Numbered from the stretch's first letter, positions 36,055-47,600 are shown. The stretch: 64,000 nucleotides of DNA from Bacteroidales bacterium (GCA_016936665.1 JAFGXI010000009.1:86648-150647), one strand, 5' to 3'. The notes: generated from the letters alone by a model not told the origin. Program-made: numbers and translations.

Positions 36055-36086
36055 GAAATAAAAAAGCTGCCTGAATAGGCAGCTTT
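36055..36086. terminator. Bidirectional terminator between trxA and the convergent 1641-aa gene
   Basis: AAAGCTGCC-tgaata-GGCAGCTTT perfect 9-bp stem with an A-run on the left, so the minus strand reads a U-run. Confidence 0.7.
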
Positions 36087-36129
36087 CAAAAGCACATGAG
36101 AAGTGCTTTACTAACCACAAACTACTACT

Positions 36130-39100
36130 TTATTTTCTTATAACTAACTTAACGCTGTATATATTGTCATTTTCAGATAATTTAACATTGTACATTCCTG
36201 CAACAATCGAATAATCGGTTATACTGAACTCTTCTCCTTCGAAATTAACTCTCACTGCATCAGAATAAATTGCCTTTCCGGTATTATCCGTAATATTCAA
36301 AATATATTTCCCTTCAGGCACATTTGCCTTAATTACTATCTCGTTTGATCCTGTTTGGAATGCAACAATACCAAACATTTTTTCCGACTGACAATCTACA
36401 GAAGTCATTGGGTGATACTCTGTTTTCCCATCGAAATCTACTTGCAAAAGTCTATAATATGATTTTCTACCATCGTTTGTATAATCTTCGTAAGTATATT
36501 TTGTTTCTACGTTACTATTTCCTGTACCTTCTATCTGAGCAATAAATTCATATTGATTTAAATCGTAACTTCTTTCAAGAACAAAATAATTGTTGTTGGT
36601 TTCTGTAGATGTAATCCAATCCACTTTTACAAAGTCATCATTGCAAGTAGCATTGAAACTTAAGAGTTCTACTGGCAAAGGCCATCCTGTATCTTTATGG
36701 ATATAGAAGGTTGAAAAACTTGTAACCTCGACTTCTGCATAATAACCCGAACCAATTGGACTAACAGAAAATGTAGCAGCTGGCATCAACATACAATTCG
36801 ACCATGTTCCGGAATCATCACACTTTGTAACTGTTAAATCGTTAACCGATAATATTGTCGGATCTGCCGCTTGCAGTGCAACGAATTCGGCATCGGTAAA
36901 ATAAATTCTTACTGTTGCTGCCCCTTGAATAGAAGGTGTAATTCTAACCACTCGAGGCAAATAGGCTTGAGAATTATAATATTGAACAGCTCCGTAGATT
37001 GTAGCTTCCGCTTCGGTATCGAATAGACTAGTTCCTCCGGCAGCATCAAAAACAGAGGCTATTATTTCGTTGCTATTCGACTCGTTTACAATATAAACCC
37101 AATTATCCGGACTTTCTATGTTACATTCTCCAGATACGCCTGTGCTACTAACAATAGATGCAGGAATAGAAGGTCCACTCACCGTTACAGTCGTTGTAGT
37201 TGTACAACCAAAGGCATCTTCGATGGTTACATCGTAGTCACCTGCAGATAAATCCATAATTGTAGAAGTATTTTCGCCAGAATCCCAATTATATGTAAAA
37301 ATACCTGCTTGTGGAATACCTAAACCATCGACGGCTAATGCAGTAGCTTGTCCATCGTTGTTACCATAACAAGACACAGCTAAACTGTTATCATCAGGGT
37401 GTAAATCACTAATCCCTGCATATACAACTGCTCTTGACGTTGGGCATGCACTTGCTCCACCGGCAGATATTGAAACATCATTAATATACCAACCTGTACT
37501 GCCTACAGAAGCATCGGATGTAAAAACAAATGCGATTTCTAATGTGTTTGCTGTTGAAACATCTATTGGCCCTGTATGGGCAGAATACGCAGATGAAGAC
37601 CCGTAATACAGAGGCATACTAGATGAAGAACTACAAGCATTCCATAAGGGTTCATTATATTGTCCATCGTTACCGGAATAACTACCCGATGCCGGAGTAA
37701 ATTGTACCCACGCACCACCGTCTAATCGGTAAGCAACATAGCCATGGTCGCAACACGATTCTGTAACAAATTTATGAGTATAAGAAAGGGTTACCGATCC
37801 AGCCCAAGTAGAAACATCAATTATTGGAGAGTTAATTATTTGAGAAGAATTGCTGGTTGGATCTACAGCAAACATAGTTCCATTTCCGCCATCGGTCGCC
37901 CATACCCAATTATATGAGCCAATACATGGCGCTGTGGTAGACCATCCTTCTAAATCCGAATCGAAAGTAAAGTTAACATCAGAAAATGAAGGAACTACTT
38001 CTGCTACATAAAAAGAATCTGGAGCCCATAAATTTGAAATATCATAAGAGCTTCCTGTATTCACCAAGGTTCCACCTGTTGCAGCATCGTACCACTCTAA
38101 TGTTCCAACACCATTAGCCAACAAAGTAACAGGGTCGCCGGGAACACAAGCATGATCGTCGTTTACATTTGGTGTACCAATAATGTGTATATGAACTTGC
38201 GCAGTATCTGAGTTACCAAAACCCAAACCATCGTCAATAATAACAGTATAAGTGGTGCTAGCACCCGGTGATACATCTGCTGCCGGATCTAAATCGGTCG
38301 GGCCATAAGACCACGTAACAGTTTGTCCGTCGGTAGGACAAGAAATTTCTACATTATCTAAGCCCCAATGGTCAAATACAAAATCTGTTACTTGTTCTTG
38401 ATGAAATCTAAATTTGGTAGCTGAAGAAGCGGCTAGATCAGGTACATCGAAACAATAGTTGCCCCAACTAACAAAATCGGACGATATGTTTTCAGCAACA
38501 CTGGTTCCTGAACCTACGAATGAGTTTGAAGGGTATTGCGAACCATCCGGGCTAAAATAAGTAATGTCTGTCCATGTTGCGCCATCATCTGTCGACCACT
38601 GTAAAGAGACGCCTTCATCTTCTTCGTCAGGTCCTTCGCAAGGTGTCGCATTGCCTTGAACAGCCATCACAAAATCGAAACAAATCTGGCATTCTTCCGA
38701 AATAGAATAAGGTTGAGTTATTAAATCGCGAGGGAAAGTGGCGGCATCGCCAATCCATAAATAGGACGTTCCATCTTCGGAAGCAATACAAGGGTTATCG
38801 AATGCGGGATTAGCATTAGATTCCCATCCAACTCCCATTGATCCATCATCAAAATTATTATCCATTAAATAACTGCAACTACCAACTGCAGCAATATCTA
38901 CAGATGTTCCTGCACAGATATTAAGTGTATCGTAAATGCCATCGGCTGTAGCCTCTATATGGCAAGGCTGACCAACAACAACGGTCACTGTATCGCATGC
39001 AGAAAAACAAGAGCCATTATCTACTGCAGCATAAAAAGTAGTTGTAATTAGTGGAGAAACATCGATATTTGTTCCTGTACCAAGCAAAGCCCCTTGGCAA

Positions 39101-41055
39101 TCTGCCTCGAACCAAGTTAATGTTCCACCTGCATAACCACCTGTTAGTGTTGAGGTTTCTCCAGCTAAAATCGCACCAGGGAAAGCAGCAATTGAAGGAG
39201 CATTGGGCGTTGATAACATTGTAACGCTGACATCGTCTCTATTACTGGCACATGAGCCTGTAGAGAATGTTAAAGTTGCATCGGCATACCCTGCTGTTTC
39301 TGTTGTTCCTCCAAACTGACCTGAGCCTTCGTAATGAAAATACCATCTGTTCTCCCAAGGCGAAACCGTAAATGATGCCATATCCGACAAATTAGTAAAA
39401 GCACCAGCTACACTGGTTGTACCATCGCTCAAGTTTAATCTTACCAATTGATCGGTACTATTGTTAGCATACACCACACTGTAATTGCAGTTATCGTACT
39501 CTGCAACTCCCCAAGTCGCCCAGTTTTCTGAAGTTGATTTTCCGGGCGATGCCACTACACCAAAGTCTGTAACTTGACCTGTTGGTAAATCGATTCTCCA
39601 AAAATTATTGCTAGTTCCATCTTGCAATATCACAAAACCGTAACCGGCATATATTCCTGCATCGGTAACCGTATTGTTTAATGCAATAGCCGACGATAAA
39701 TTAATCGTAACACCATCCCATGCTAAATCTTCATTAAGTAATCTTAACTGAGTAACGTTATATCCTGAAAAAGATGATCCATCGACAGAGGCTGAACCAT
39801 TGTAAATCTCATATAATTGACCTGTTTCTAGATCGCTAAACAAACCGTCTTTTCTGGTTAAAACAGTAGCTGTAAGTAAAGATAACGGCAAATCCAAACG
39901 AGCTGTATTATTGTCTCCAACAACATATAAATAATCCTGAGTTATTGCTATACCTCCTCTGTCATCACCTGTTGCTGTATTATGATCGACAACATAGTAG
40001 TTCGTGTTTAAATAGGAAGCTCTAAATTCTCCTTGATTAACGGCCTCTACATAATAAGTAGCATCTGCAACAAGATTAATATCGTACGATTGACCGGTAT
40101 GGAGGAGGTTTCCTCCTGTTGAAGCGTCATACCAATTATAGTCTAAACAATCGTCGCCATAGGCAACTAATGTTACATTGCCTCCACAAAGTGAGGTGTC
40201 GTTGATAGAAGGTGTAGAAGGCTGAGATTCGACAGATACTGTTACACTTCCTGCTCCAGTCGACCAACAAGATTGACCAGCATCGTATGCTCTTAAATAA
40301 TATGTTCCAGAAGTTGTTACATTAAATGGGGAGCTAGAATTGCTCATATCAGTACCCGAAGCCGATGTCTGCCAAAACCAAGTAATGCCCGCTGCAGGTG
40401 ATCCTGTAAAAGACAAATCCCTAGGACCACAAGTGTTTGCCGATGCCGTAGGATTAGCAGGATTGGCAGGAGGTGTACACAACTGAGTTCCAACAACTGT
40501 AAAATCGTCTATATTCCATCCTTTATAAGTTACAGAACCATCTGTTGTTCCGATTCCAAATCTAACTTGAAAATTAGCATTGCCGTCTGCATAAGCGCTT
40601 ACACTATAAATTAAATTAGTCCATGCAGATTCTGAATAAGAACCCCCATTCGCCCAAACCGATTGCCACGAGGAACCATTGTAAACCTGAATATACAAGT
40701 GATCGTAACTACTACTTTCGCAACCTGAATGGCTCCAAAAGTTAAGACTTACAGAGGTATAGTTTGAACAATCTATTACCGGAGAAACCAGCCAATAAGT
40801 TGTAGATAAACTGTTAGGATAACTGGAATTAATGTATGTTCCAATGATATAATTATCGCTAGTTGCTGTATGATCAGCTGTAGGATTTGCAGCTCCACTA
40901 GAAGCTGCTCCTCCGGAAGTAGCATTACTTCGTGCCCATCCTCCACTTCCATACCCTGTCCAACCTAAATCGGTTGAAAAGTCGTCTGAAAAGACCGTTT
41001 GAGAATATGATTCAAACGAAAAAATAAGAATTACAAAAATGATAAAAGACCTCAT
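36130..41055 (-). CDS. Giant T9SS type-A cargo protein (jelly-roll/MAM-like, Ig-like and one SprB-like repeat)
   Basis: 1641 aa with a signal peptide. Repeated modules of the form GWxxxxxxxWxxxxxxGG...F.WxxxxCESS..D.L.V. It ends in a type-A sorting domain (KYILNITDNTGKAIY...GMYNVKLSENDNIYSVKLVIRK). Confidence 0.75.
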   Translation of the reverse strand: MRSFIIFVILIFSFESYSQTVFSDDFSTDLGWTGYGSGGWARSNATSGGAASSGAANPTADHTATSDNYIIGTYINSSYPNSLSTTYWLVSPVIDCSNYTSVSLNFWSHSGCESSSYDHLYIQVYNGSSWQSVWANGGSYSESAWTNLIYSVSAYADGNANFQVRFGIGTTDGSVTYKGWNIDDFTVVGTQLCTPPANPANPTASANTCGPRDLSFTGSPAAGITWFWQTSASGTDMSNSSSPFNVTTSGTYYLRAYDAGQSCWSTGAGSVTVSVESQPSTPSINDTSLCGGNVTLVAYGDDCLDYNWYDASTGGNLLHTGQSYDINLVADATYYVEAVNQGEFRASYLNTNYYVVDHNTATGDDRGGIAITQDYLYVVGDNNTARLDLPLSLLTATVLTRKDGLFSDLETGQLYEIYNGSASVDGSSFSGYNVTQLRLLNEDLAWDGVTINLSSAIALNNTVTDAGIYAGYGFVILQDGTSNNFWRIDLPTGQVTDFGVVASPGKSTSENWATWGVAEYDNCNYSVVYANNSTDQLVRLNLSDGTTSVAGAFTNLSDMASFTVSPWENRWYFHYEGSGQFGGTTETAGYADATLTFSTGSCASNRDDVSVTMLSTPNAPSIAAFPGAILAGETSTLTGGYAGGTLTWFEADCQGALLGTGTNIDVSPLITTTFYAAVDNGSCFSACDTVTVVVGQPCHIEATADGIYDTLNICAGTSVDIAAVGSCSYLMDNNFDDGSMGVGWESNANPAFDNPCIASEDGTSYLWIGDAATFPRDLITQPYSISEECQICFDFVMAVQGNATPCEGPDEEDEGVSLQWSTDDGATWTDITYFSPDGSQYPSNSFVGSGTSVAENISSDFVSWGNYCFDVPDLAASSATKFRFHQEQVTDFVFDHWGLDNVEISCPTDGQTVTWSYGPTDLDPAADVSPGASTTYTVIIDDGLGFGNSDTAQVHIHIIGTPNVNDDHACVPGDPVTLLANGVGTLEWYDAATGGTLVNTGSSYDISNLWAPDSFYVAEVVPSFSDVNFTFDSDLEGWSTTAPCIGSYNWVWATDGGNGTMFAVDPTSNSSQIINSPIIDVSTWAGSVTLSYTHKFVTESCCDHGYVAYRLDGGAWVQFTPASGSYSGNDGQYNEPLWNACSSSSSMPLYYGSSSAYSAHTGPIDVSTANTLEIAFVFTSDASVGSTGWYINDVSISAGGASACPTSRAVVYAGISDLHPDDNSLAVSCYGNNDGQATALAVDGLGIPQAGIFTYNWDSGENTSTIMDLSAGDYDVTIEDAFGCTTTTTVTVSGPSIPASIVSSTGVSGECNIESPDNWVYIVNESNSNEIIASVFDAAGGTSLFDTEAEATIYGAVQYYNSQAYLPRVVRITPSIQGAATVRIYFTDAEFVALQAADPTILSVNDLTVTKCDDSGTWSNCMLMPAATFSVSPIGSGYYAEVEVTSFSTFYIHKDTGWPLPVELLSFNATCNDDFVKVDWITSTETNNNYFVLERSYDLNQYEFIAQIEGTGNSNVETKYTYEDYTNDGRKSYYRLLQVDFDGKTEYHPMTSVDCQSEKMFGIVAFQTGSNEIVIKANVPEGKYILNITDNTGKAIYSDAVRVNFEGEEFSITDYSIVAGMYNVKLSENDNIYSVKLVIRK

Positions 41056-41092
41056 AAAGCAGTAGAATTTGTGTTTTTGGTTGTAGTTGTTT

Positions 41093-41467
41093 TTACTTTA
41101 TTCCTTTATAAGTAAAATTATGTACTTCAATAGATTGAATGCGTTTCTTTTTAGAAGCCAATTCATCGCTTGATAACTCGCGAGAAATGGTAATTTGCTT
41201 ATTTTCTTTCGCATCAATAAAGGCAGTCTTATGAATCATTACACTTTCTGTCTCTGAATAAAACACTTTAACATCCCACGATATCTCCATGGCATTTAAA
41301 GAAGAATTGTTTACTCTAAAAACTACATCGCTATTGTTTTCATTAAAAGAGTAGACTACTTGTGTTCCTTCAATTTGTTTAACAACAACTTCTTTAACAA
41401 TTTTACTCTGTGCTGATAATGAAAATGTAAAAGACAATAAGACAATAAAAAGTAATAATCTGTACAT
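41093..41467 (-). CDS. Small secreted hypothetical protein
   Basis: Signal peptide MYRLLLFIVLLSFTFSLSAQ. I moved the start to the ATG at 41467. It lies 37 nt upstream of the 1641-aa gene. Confidence 0.5.
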   Translation of the reverse strand: MYRLLLFIVLLSFTFSLSAQSKIVKEVVVKQIEGTQVVYSFNENNSDVVFRVNNSSLNAMEISWDVKVFYSETESVMIHKTAFIDAKENKQITISRELSSDELASKKKRIQSIEVHNFTYKGIK

Positions 41468-41620
41468 TGTGTTTGTTTGTTTGCAGTTATGCAAGCAAGA
41501 TACAACGCCATACGGTCATTTTACAACTTTATTTGCTATAGTTTGATGTATAAGCTTATCAGTATGGTCAATGTAATATATAATGCAAGTGGTATTGATA
41601 AACGGCTAATTTTCTTTGAT

Positions 41621-41660
41621 AAAAAAAGCTACCGACCCTTAACGATCGGTAGCTTTTTAT
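41621..41660. terminator. Bidirectional-type terminator after the 1971-aa gene
   Basis: AAAGCTACCGA-loop-TCGGTAGCTTT 11-bp stem flanked by an A7 run and a T5 run. Confidence 0.7.
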
Positions 41661-41681
41661 TTTAAAGAGGTATTTGTTAAT

Positions 41682-44600
41682 CTATTCGATATTTAATTTT
41701 GATACAAAGTAATTATTTGCATTATAAATACTTACAATATAAATTCCTTGACTTAAATGAGCGTTTAAACCCAACACTTGCGAGGCATGAGAAACTTGAT
41801 TTATTTTTTGAACTAAAACAACCCTACCCAGCTGGTCGTATAATTTAACAGTATATTCACCTATCGGAATAATTGTTTCGACTTGAATTTCGTCTTGCTC
41901 AGTTTGATATGACTTCACAAAGTAAGATAGATCATCTTTAGAGCATTGACAGGATTTTACGTTATAAATTGTTTGTTTACCATCCAAATCCAATTCTTTT
42001 AACCTATAATACTCAACTGAGGCATCGAATTGCTCGTCTCTTACTTGGTACTTTTTAGGATATGCTTGATAAAAGTCTGGTTGAATTACTTCTATTTCTT
42101 TGTAATTCTTGGCATCTATACTTTTTTCAATAACATACTCTTTTAACGAAACTTCGGAGGCAACTTGCCAAGAAATAGATTTAGCCTGACTGTTACAATC
42201 AACTCTAAAATCGATCAGTTCTATCGGTAATGGGAAGTCTCCAATTCCGATTGCAAAATCAGAAAATGAACTTATTCCGTACCTTGAGGCATAACCATCG
42301 GATAACATTCTACCTGCACCTCCATTGGCGTTTAATGAACCTATGCTTTCTCCATACCATTCAGACGCTAAATCGGATGTGTGATTGCGTTTTAGAAGTC
42401 CAAACTGGTTGTCAGCCAATCCTGTAAATGCATTACCAATTGGAATTCCTAAACCGTCGAACCCTTGCCCATCATCTACAGTTAAAAATATATCGTACGA
42501 ACCTCCCGATGGTTGAGCATTAGGTATTATTTCCCACATGCCTTCTGTGCTCACCGAGACGTATGGTGTTCCAAAATCTATAGCTCGTGTAGGGTCGAGT
42601 GAGCCAAAATTGTTAAAACTACTATAAAAATGAATATCTAAGTAGGAACTGCCTGATAAGTTGTGATTTTGCAAATCAGCTAAAGCATATCTGTTCGATA
42701 CTCCAACCGGGAAATGGTATAAATTAGTATTATTTGCAATGTAGGCTCTTAAGTTTCCATTGATGTAACTAGAATAATTCCCTTGTGTAATTGCGCTACC
42801 AGAGGTATTGAGCACTTCTAGCTTGTATGTACTAGTGTGAATAATACCGTTTGTGAAAGTAATTGTACCAGCAGTGTTAATTCTTATATCGCTGTTTAAA
42901 TTTAATCCTGCACCAGAATTATTCATTGTAACATTGTGCCAAGTCATGACAGAACCAGGACTGTAGGCTTGCGCTGCATTTCCATTAAATACTAGTGTAC
43001 TGTTTGTAATGCCTGTAAAACTAGTAGAACCGGATGCATTATTAAAATCGCCTCCTAAAGTCAATTTAAGATCATTTAAGTTAAAAACACTTGTTGAATT
43101 AGTGGTTGTAAAATCTCCTGTAACTTCTATATCCTGATTAGTCAATACACTTCCTGAGGATTTGGTCACAGTGAAATTATCGAAAGCCGAAGCCCCCTGC
43201 AAACTACCATCTAAGGTTTGAACCCCAGAGCCCATCCATATTACGGTTGAGCCCGGACTTGCATTTAAAATCCCTGAATTGGTATAGTCTCCATAAACTT
43301 CGAAAGTTTGAGTCGGGTCGATAGTTAAATTTGAACCTCCGCTAATAGTAAGCGATTTCACTCTTGCATTATCACCATTATTAGGATCTACAACATCGAT
43401 TACCGGTTGATAAACTGAAGATGCGATGACGTTAGCATCTATATTTTCATCTGGATAATAGGCACAATCACCCCAGTTCATAGGATCGTACCAAGATGTG
43501 GAATTACCACCTCCCGTCCAAGTTAAACTTGTAGGAACTCCTCCGGGAATTGTAATAGGAGAACTTCCTAAGTCTAAATCGAAACCAGAAGTGCTATTCG
43601 AAAAGTTTTGTACAACTAAAAAATACTCTTCTCCCGCCAATACGTCTAATTGTGCTTCGAAAGCAGCTCCAAAGCCACTGTAAGCAGCAGGAGCTGTTCC
43701 ATCGGAAGTGCTGTACATACCGGTAACTCCTAAATAGCTATAATTACATCTTACAGGAGCCGCAGTTCCATTGGCTATCTCTTCACAAGTTACCGCAGAG
43801 CTCCCTACCATTTGATATAATAAAAAGTCATAATCGGTTTCATCCGAACCATCCCAATCGTTAGGAACAAGCGTAAAGTCAAGAACACCATCCACACCTA
43901 TTTGTATATGGTACCATACTGCACCTCTTTCTCCACTCGTACAATCGTTACTTCCGTCGAAATCGCAATAATTTCCAATTGCCTGAAAACCGGGATCTCC
44001 AACTGCAAAATGACTGTCGCAAACAGGAATTGCATTATCCACACCGCAATCTTGCCCATAAACTATAGGTAGTCCTGCCGAACCATCTGAAATGGTAATA
44101 TTAAAATTACCAACATCATCATTTTCTCCATCAACTACAACATAATAAGTATTGCCGGAAGTAAGACCACTCACAGTAAAACGAGAGTTTTGATAGCTAT
44201 AATCACAAGTTGGGGCATCTTGATTGCAATCTACATACGTTAAATTATCGCATGTTCCGGAGTAAATAGCAAGCTGTGTACTTGCTATGGTTCCCAAGAT
44301 TGTTGAAATTGCAACTGAACCAGAAACTGGTGCTGTAAACGTATACCACAGTGTATTTCTTGTTCCAGTTGTCCAACACGATGGTACAGATGAGGGCTCA
44401 TTGGCATCATTCGAGCATTGGTTATTTCCAGATGCGCTAGAGCCAATGGCAATAAATTCCGCATTACAAGGTTCGTCGTTTGCTGAGACATCTGACGTAT
44501 TGGTTGTAAACGAATATACGGTACATGAGCTTGCATTTCCCGCAGCATTGTATGGAATAATTTGCCAGTAATAAGTGGTTGCCGGAGATAAAACTGTATA

Positions 44601-47597
44601 ATATGACTGATCTGTTCCTAAATCCAAGTGGTTTTCTATATTGGTTGGCGGATTATCTGTACCCAAATTTAAGTAGTAGCCTTCAGCAGCTTGACCTGTT
44701 GTTGGGGAATCCCACGACAATTCTGTATTAACACACAAATTTGAACTACCATCTGAAGGAGACAAATTAGTTGCGCAATTTGGAGGTATAGTTGGTACAG
44801 AACTACTAATGGTAATATTATCTATTGCTATTGGAGGTTGTGTTCCCGATGACGCGTCGTTTTTCCACTGAAATACAATTCTTTTCGTTGTTCCTGCATA
44901 TGCTCCATTTAAGCTTATGCTTTCCGATAACCAACCTGAACTAAAGTTGTACCATGTATCTCCGACTAAATATGTTGAGCTGTTAGTTGTTCCAGCAACA
45001 GGTGTTACTGATGTCGGCTCTACATAAACTTTTAAATTATCATAATCACTAGTTGTTCCTTCTCCTTCGCAATGCCAATCGAAATTTATTGAAATAACTG
45101 TTTGTCCTGCAGGGAAAGTATAATCGAAATAAAGATGAGAATAGGTTGAAGTACCTATAGAATATGCGTTACTCGAACCATCGTTTGTGATATAAGCACA
45201 GCGAGAACCTCCATTGTTAATAGCTGTACCAACAATCCAGTAGTTAGGAGTACCATTGGCCGAAGTAAACCCATTGCCTGATAAATCTGTAGCCGATTCG
45301 AACGTACCATCCCAAGTTAATGCATCAATTATCTTTCTATTTCCGGTAGGGTTTGTTGTGGAAGGTGTATGAGCAACTGAAGATACTGTAACTGACGTAC
45401 ATTGTGCATCAATATAATTATTTATTGTTGCACCCGATGGAACATCGTAGGTTAACCAAAAATAATTTGTTCCATTAGATAATGTTGATGTACCTGTTAT
45501 TGTAAATGCACCACTTGGTGCAGCAACTACAGAACCAATTTGAGTAGTAGTTGTAAAAGTTCCAGATGTACCGGTGCTCCATAATCTTGCATTTGTTATA
45601 TCTGTTGAAGGAGCTGTTGTTCCGGTAGTATTAAAAGAAAATGAAGTTGCAGACAAAGCACTTGAATATCCGGATGTAACAATCTGAACACAAACAACTT
45701 CTTGGTTAGTTGAATTTCTGTGTACATCTGATGTATTTGGCTGTGTTGTAGTACATGAGCTAAAAGCCATAGGAGTTCCAGCATTTACAATAAATGTATA
45801 ATCCTCACCCTCTCCACTAGACGTTACGCCGCAAGCTTCTGGTGATGAGTCGAGATATTCTGCTACTATTCTCATTCTTGTACTACCCGTACTCGCACCT
45901 GTAGGTACTGTAATGGATCCCGAGTAAATAGATGCATAAGAACTGGAAACATAAATCTCCTCATTAGCGTCATCAAAATCACCATCTTGATTCCAATCCA
46001 CCCACACGCCAAAACCAAAAGTATAAGACGATGAACTACCAAAACTTGCGGAATAATTGACTGAACCTCCTATAGTTTGGGTTACCGTTTGAGCTGTAAA
46101 ATCGCCATATCCGCCACTCGAAAAGCCTGAAGCATTGTTTGTTATATTAGTTGCTCCGCCTGTAGTGGCAAAATTATCGATATAATAGGATGACGATGAG
46201 CCTGATACATCGCAATAAACCATATCAATTGGTCGATTTCCTGCTGGGTTAGTTACGGTTGGTGTTCTAGCTGTTCCGCCAACAGTTACTGACGTACACT
46301 GAGCATCAACTACATCTCCAATAACACCACCAGTTGGGATATCGTATGTCAACCAGAAATAATTTGTGCCTTCTGATAAAGTAACACTGCCTGTAAACGA
46401 AAATGTTCCATTTGGATTGGCCACAACCGTTCCAACTTGTGTTGTTGTTGCAAAAGTGCTACTGGTTCCTGTACTCCATAATTTTCCATTTGTAATATCT
46501 GTTGCCGGAGCCGTTGAGCCCGTAGTATTAAAAGTAAAAGAGGTCGCTGATAGTGGACTTCCTGCACCAGTAGTTACTACTTGCAATCCTACTATTTCAT
46601 TGCTGGTTGAGTTAACACCTACATTTGAAGTGTTTGTTTGTGTCGTTGTTGAAGAAACATAAGTCATTGGAGATAATACAACACATGACCTGGAAATAGT
46701 AAATGTACCTGTAGTTGTTGATGAAGTCGACCAATTAGCAATATAAACATAATAATCTAAGCCAACGGTTGTCGTAAATGTGTAGGTTTCTGTACCGCCC
46801 GAAAGAGCAACATCTCTGCATGTAATATTCGTTAGTGATCCGCAGCTTCCACTAAATATAACCATTTCATGATCGAAAACAGCTGTAGATGATATTGTAG
46901 TTTCATTACCATCTCCCGTAAAAGTATACCAAACTCCATACGCGCTAGCGCATCCTGAAGGGTCGGTGTTTGAAGTTGTGTTTACTGTTGTTCCTGCTAA
47001 ACTTGTGGTTCCACATGGCAATGCTGTTGCATTAGTACATAAATCGTTTGCAGGAGCAGAGGAGGTATATGTAACGATTATTTCAACTCTGTATACAGAC
47101 AAATTACCAGAATTAGGTCTATATGTTTCTAACCTACAATCTAAATTTTGTACATCTGACCATGACCAAGTTCCTGGAGCACTTCCATCTAAAGTAATAT
47201 TAAAAGAAGAACCATAAGCTGCTGTCGAATAATTTCCTACAGCATCATTATAATTTCCTCCTGCAGTCGCCCCATTGAAATATGGTATTAAACGAGGCAC
47301 TACATTACTGGTTGTCTGAGAACTCGTCCAATTGTTTTGATGATAAGCTCTAAGTTCAACTTTTGTAATCGTTCCAAGATTAGTGCCCGAACATGTATTT
47401 GAATTTAAGTAAAGATAGTCCCCATTTTCATTATCTGCACCTAAAGTAGACGTTGAACCATCTACAACATTTGCAGGATTAGAATCCCAGCTACCAGGAT
47501 TACTGGTGTTGTAACCATTGAAATAATACGTAACCGTACTCTGAGAAAACCCTAGTAAACTTAACGCTATTAGAATAAATAATAAATGTTTTTTCAT
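41682..47597 (-). CDS. Giant T9SS type-A cargo protein (GEVED, FN3-like and repeated Cys-containing beta-sandwich domains)
   Basis: 1971 aa with a signal peptide. A GEVED-type motif SSGEGEDYTF is present, along with an FN3-like segment (ATTYYWQIIPYNAAGNAS). It ends in a sorting domain (YTVKLYDQLGRVV...GIYIVSIYNANNYFVSKLNIE). Confidence 0.75.
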   Translation of the reverse strand: MKKHLLFILIALSLLGFSQSTVTYYFNGYNTSNPGSWDSNPANVVDGSTSTLGADNENGDYLYLNSNTCSGTNLGTITKVELRAYHQNNWTSSQTTSNVVPRLIPYFNGATAGGNYNDAVGNYSTAAYGSSFNITLDGSAPGTWSWSDVQNLDCRLETYRPNSGNLSVYRVEIIVTYTSSAPANDLCTNATALPCGTTSLAGTTVNTTSNTDPSGCASAYGVWYTFTGDGNETTISSTAVFDHEMVIFSGSCGSLTNITCRDVALSGGTETYTFTTTVGLDYYVYIANWSTSSTTTGTFTISRSCVVLSPMTYVSSTTTQTNTSNVGVNSTSNEIVGLQVVTTGAGSPLSATSFTFNTTGSTAPATDITNGKLWSTGTSSTFATTTQVGTVVANPNGTFSFTGSVTLSEGTNYFWLTYDIPTGGVIGDVVDAQCTSVTVGGTARTPTVTNPAGNRPIDMVYCDVSGSSSSYYIDNFATTGGATNITNNASGFSSGGYGDFTAQTVTQTIGGSVNYSASFGSSSSYTFGFGVWVDWNQDGDFDDANEEIYVSSSYASIYSGSITVPTGASTGSTRMRIVAEYLDSSPEACGVTSSGEGEDYTFIVNAGTPMAFSSCTTTQPNTSDVHRNSTNQEVVCVQIVTSGYSSALSATSFSFNTTGTTAPSTDITNARLWSTGTSGTFTTTTQIGSVVAAPSGAFTITGTSTLSNGTNYFWLTYDVPSGATINNYIDAQCTSVTVSSVAHTPSTTNPTGNRKIIDALTWDGTFESATDLSGNGFTSANGTPNYWIVGTAINNGGSRCAYITNDGSSNAYSIGTSTYSHLYFDYTFPAGQTVISINFDWHCEGEGTTSDYDNLKVYVEPTSVTPVAGTTNSSTYLVGDTWYNFSSGWLSESISLNGAYAGTTKRIVFQWKNDASSGTQPPIAIDNITISSSVPTIPPNCATNLSPSDGSSNLCVNTELSWDSPTTGQAAEGYYLNLGTDNPPTNIENHLDLGTDQSYYTVLSPATTYYWQIIPYNAAGNASSCTVYSFTTNTSDVSANDEPCNAEFIAIGSSASGNNQCSNDANEPSSVPSCWTTGTRNTLWYTFTAPVSGSVAISTILGTIASTQLAIYSGTCDNLTYVDCNQDAPTCDYSYQNSRFTVSGLTSGNTYYVVVDGENDDVGNFNITISDGSAGLPIVYGQDCGVDNAIPVCDSHFAVGDPGFQAIGNYCDFDGSNDCTSGERGAVWYHIQIGVDGVLDFTLVPNDWDGSDETDYDFLLYQMVGSSAVTCEEIANGTAAPVRCNYSYLGVTGMYSTSDGTAPAAYSGFGAAFEAQLDVLAGEEYFLVVQNFSNSTSGFDLDLGSSPITIPGGVPTSLTWTGGGNSTSWYDPMNWGDCAYYPDENIDANVIASSVYQPVIDVVDPNNGDNARVKSLTISGGSNLTIDPTQTFEVYGDYTNSGILNASPGSTVIWMGSGVQTLDGSLQGASAFDNFTVTKSSGSVLTNQDIEVTGDFTTTNSTSVFNLNDLKLTLGGDFNNASGSTSFTGITNSTLVFNGNAAQAYSPGSVMTWHNVTMNNSGAGLNLNSDIRINTAGTITFTNGIIHTSTYKLEVLNTSGSAITQGNYSSYINGNLRAYIANNTNLYHFPVGVSNRYALADLQNHNLSGSSYLDIHFYSSFNNFGSLDPTRAIDFGTPYVSVSTEGMWEIIPNAQPSGGSYDIFLTVDDGQGFDGLGIPIGNAFTGLADNQFGLLKRNHTSDLASEWYGESIGSLNANGGAGRMLSDGYASRYGISSFSDFAIGIGDFPLPIELIDFRVDCNSQAKSISWQVASEVSLKEYVIEKSIDAKNYKEIEVIQPDFYQAYPKKYQVRDEQFDASVEYYRLKELDLDGKQTIYNVKSCQCSKDDLSYFVKSYQTEQDEIQVETIIPIGEYTVKLYDQLGRVVLVQKINQVSHASQVLGLNAHLSQGIYIVSIYNANNYFVSKLNIE
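45330..46667 (-). repeat. Internal duplication of a ~147-aa module within the 1971-aa protein, with copies separated by the GEVED region
   Basis: aa 311-457 (MTYVSSTTTQTNTS...GTNYFWLTYDIPTGG...DAQCTSVTVGG...NPAGNRPI) against aa 610-756 (MAFSSCTTTQPNTS...GTNYFWLTYDVPSGA...DAQCTSVTVSS...NPTGNRKI). Confidence 0.8.
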
Positions 47598-47600
47598 AGC

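Noticed and set aside
41477-41665. 62-aa plus-strand ORF in the 41.5-41.7 kb intergenic region
   Set aside because: It overlaps the start of the 133-aa gene and runs through the bidirectional terminator hairpin. Its composition is odd and it has no promoter box. It is probably not a gene.
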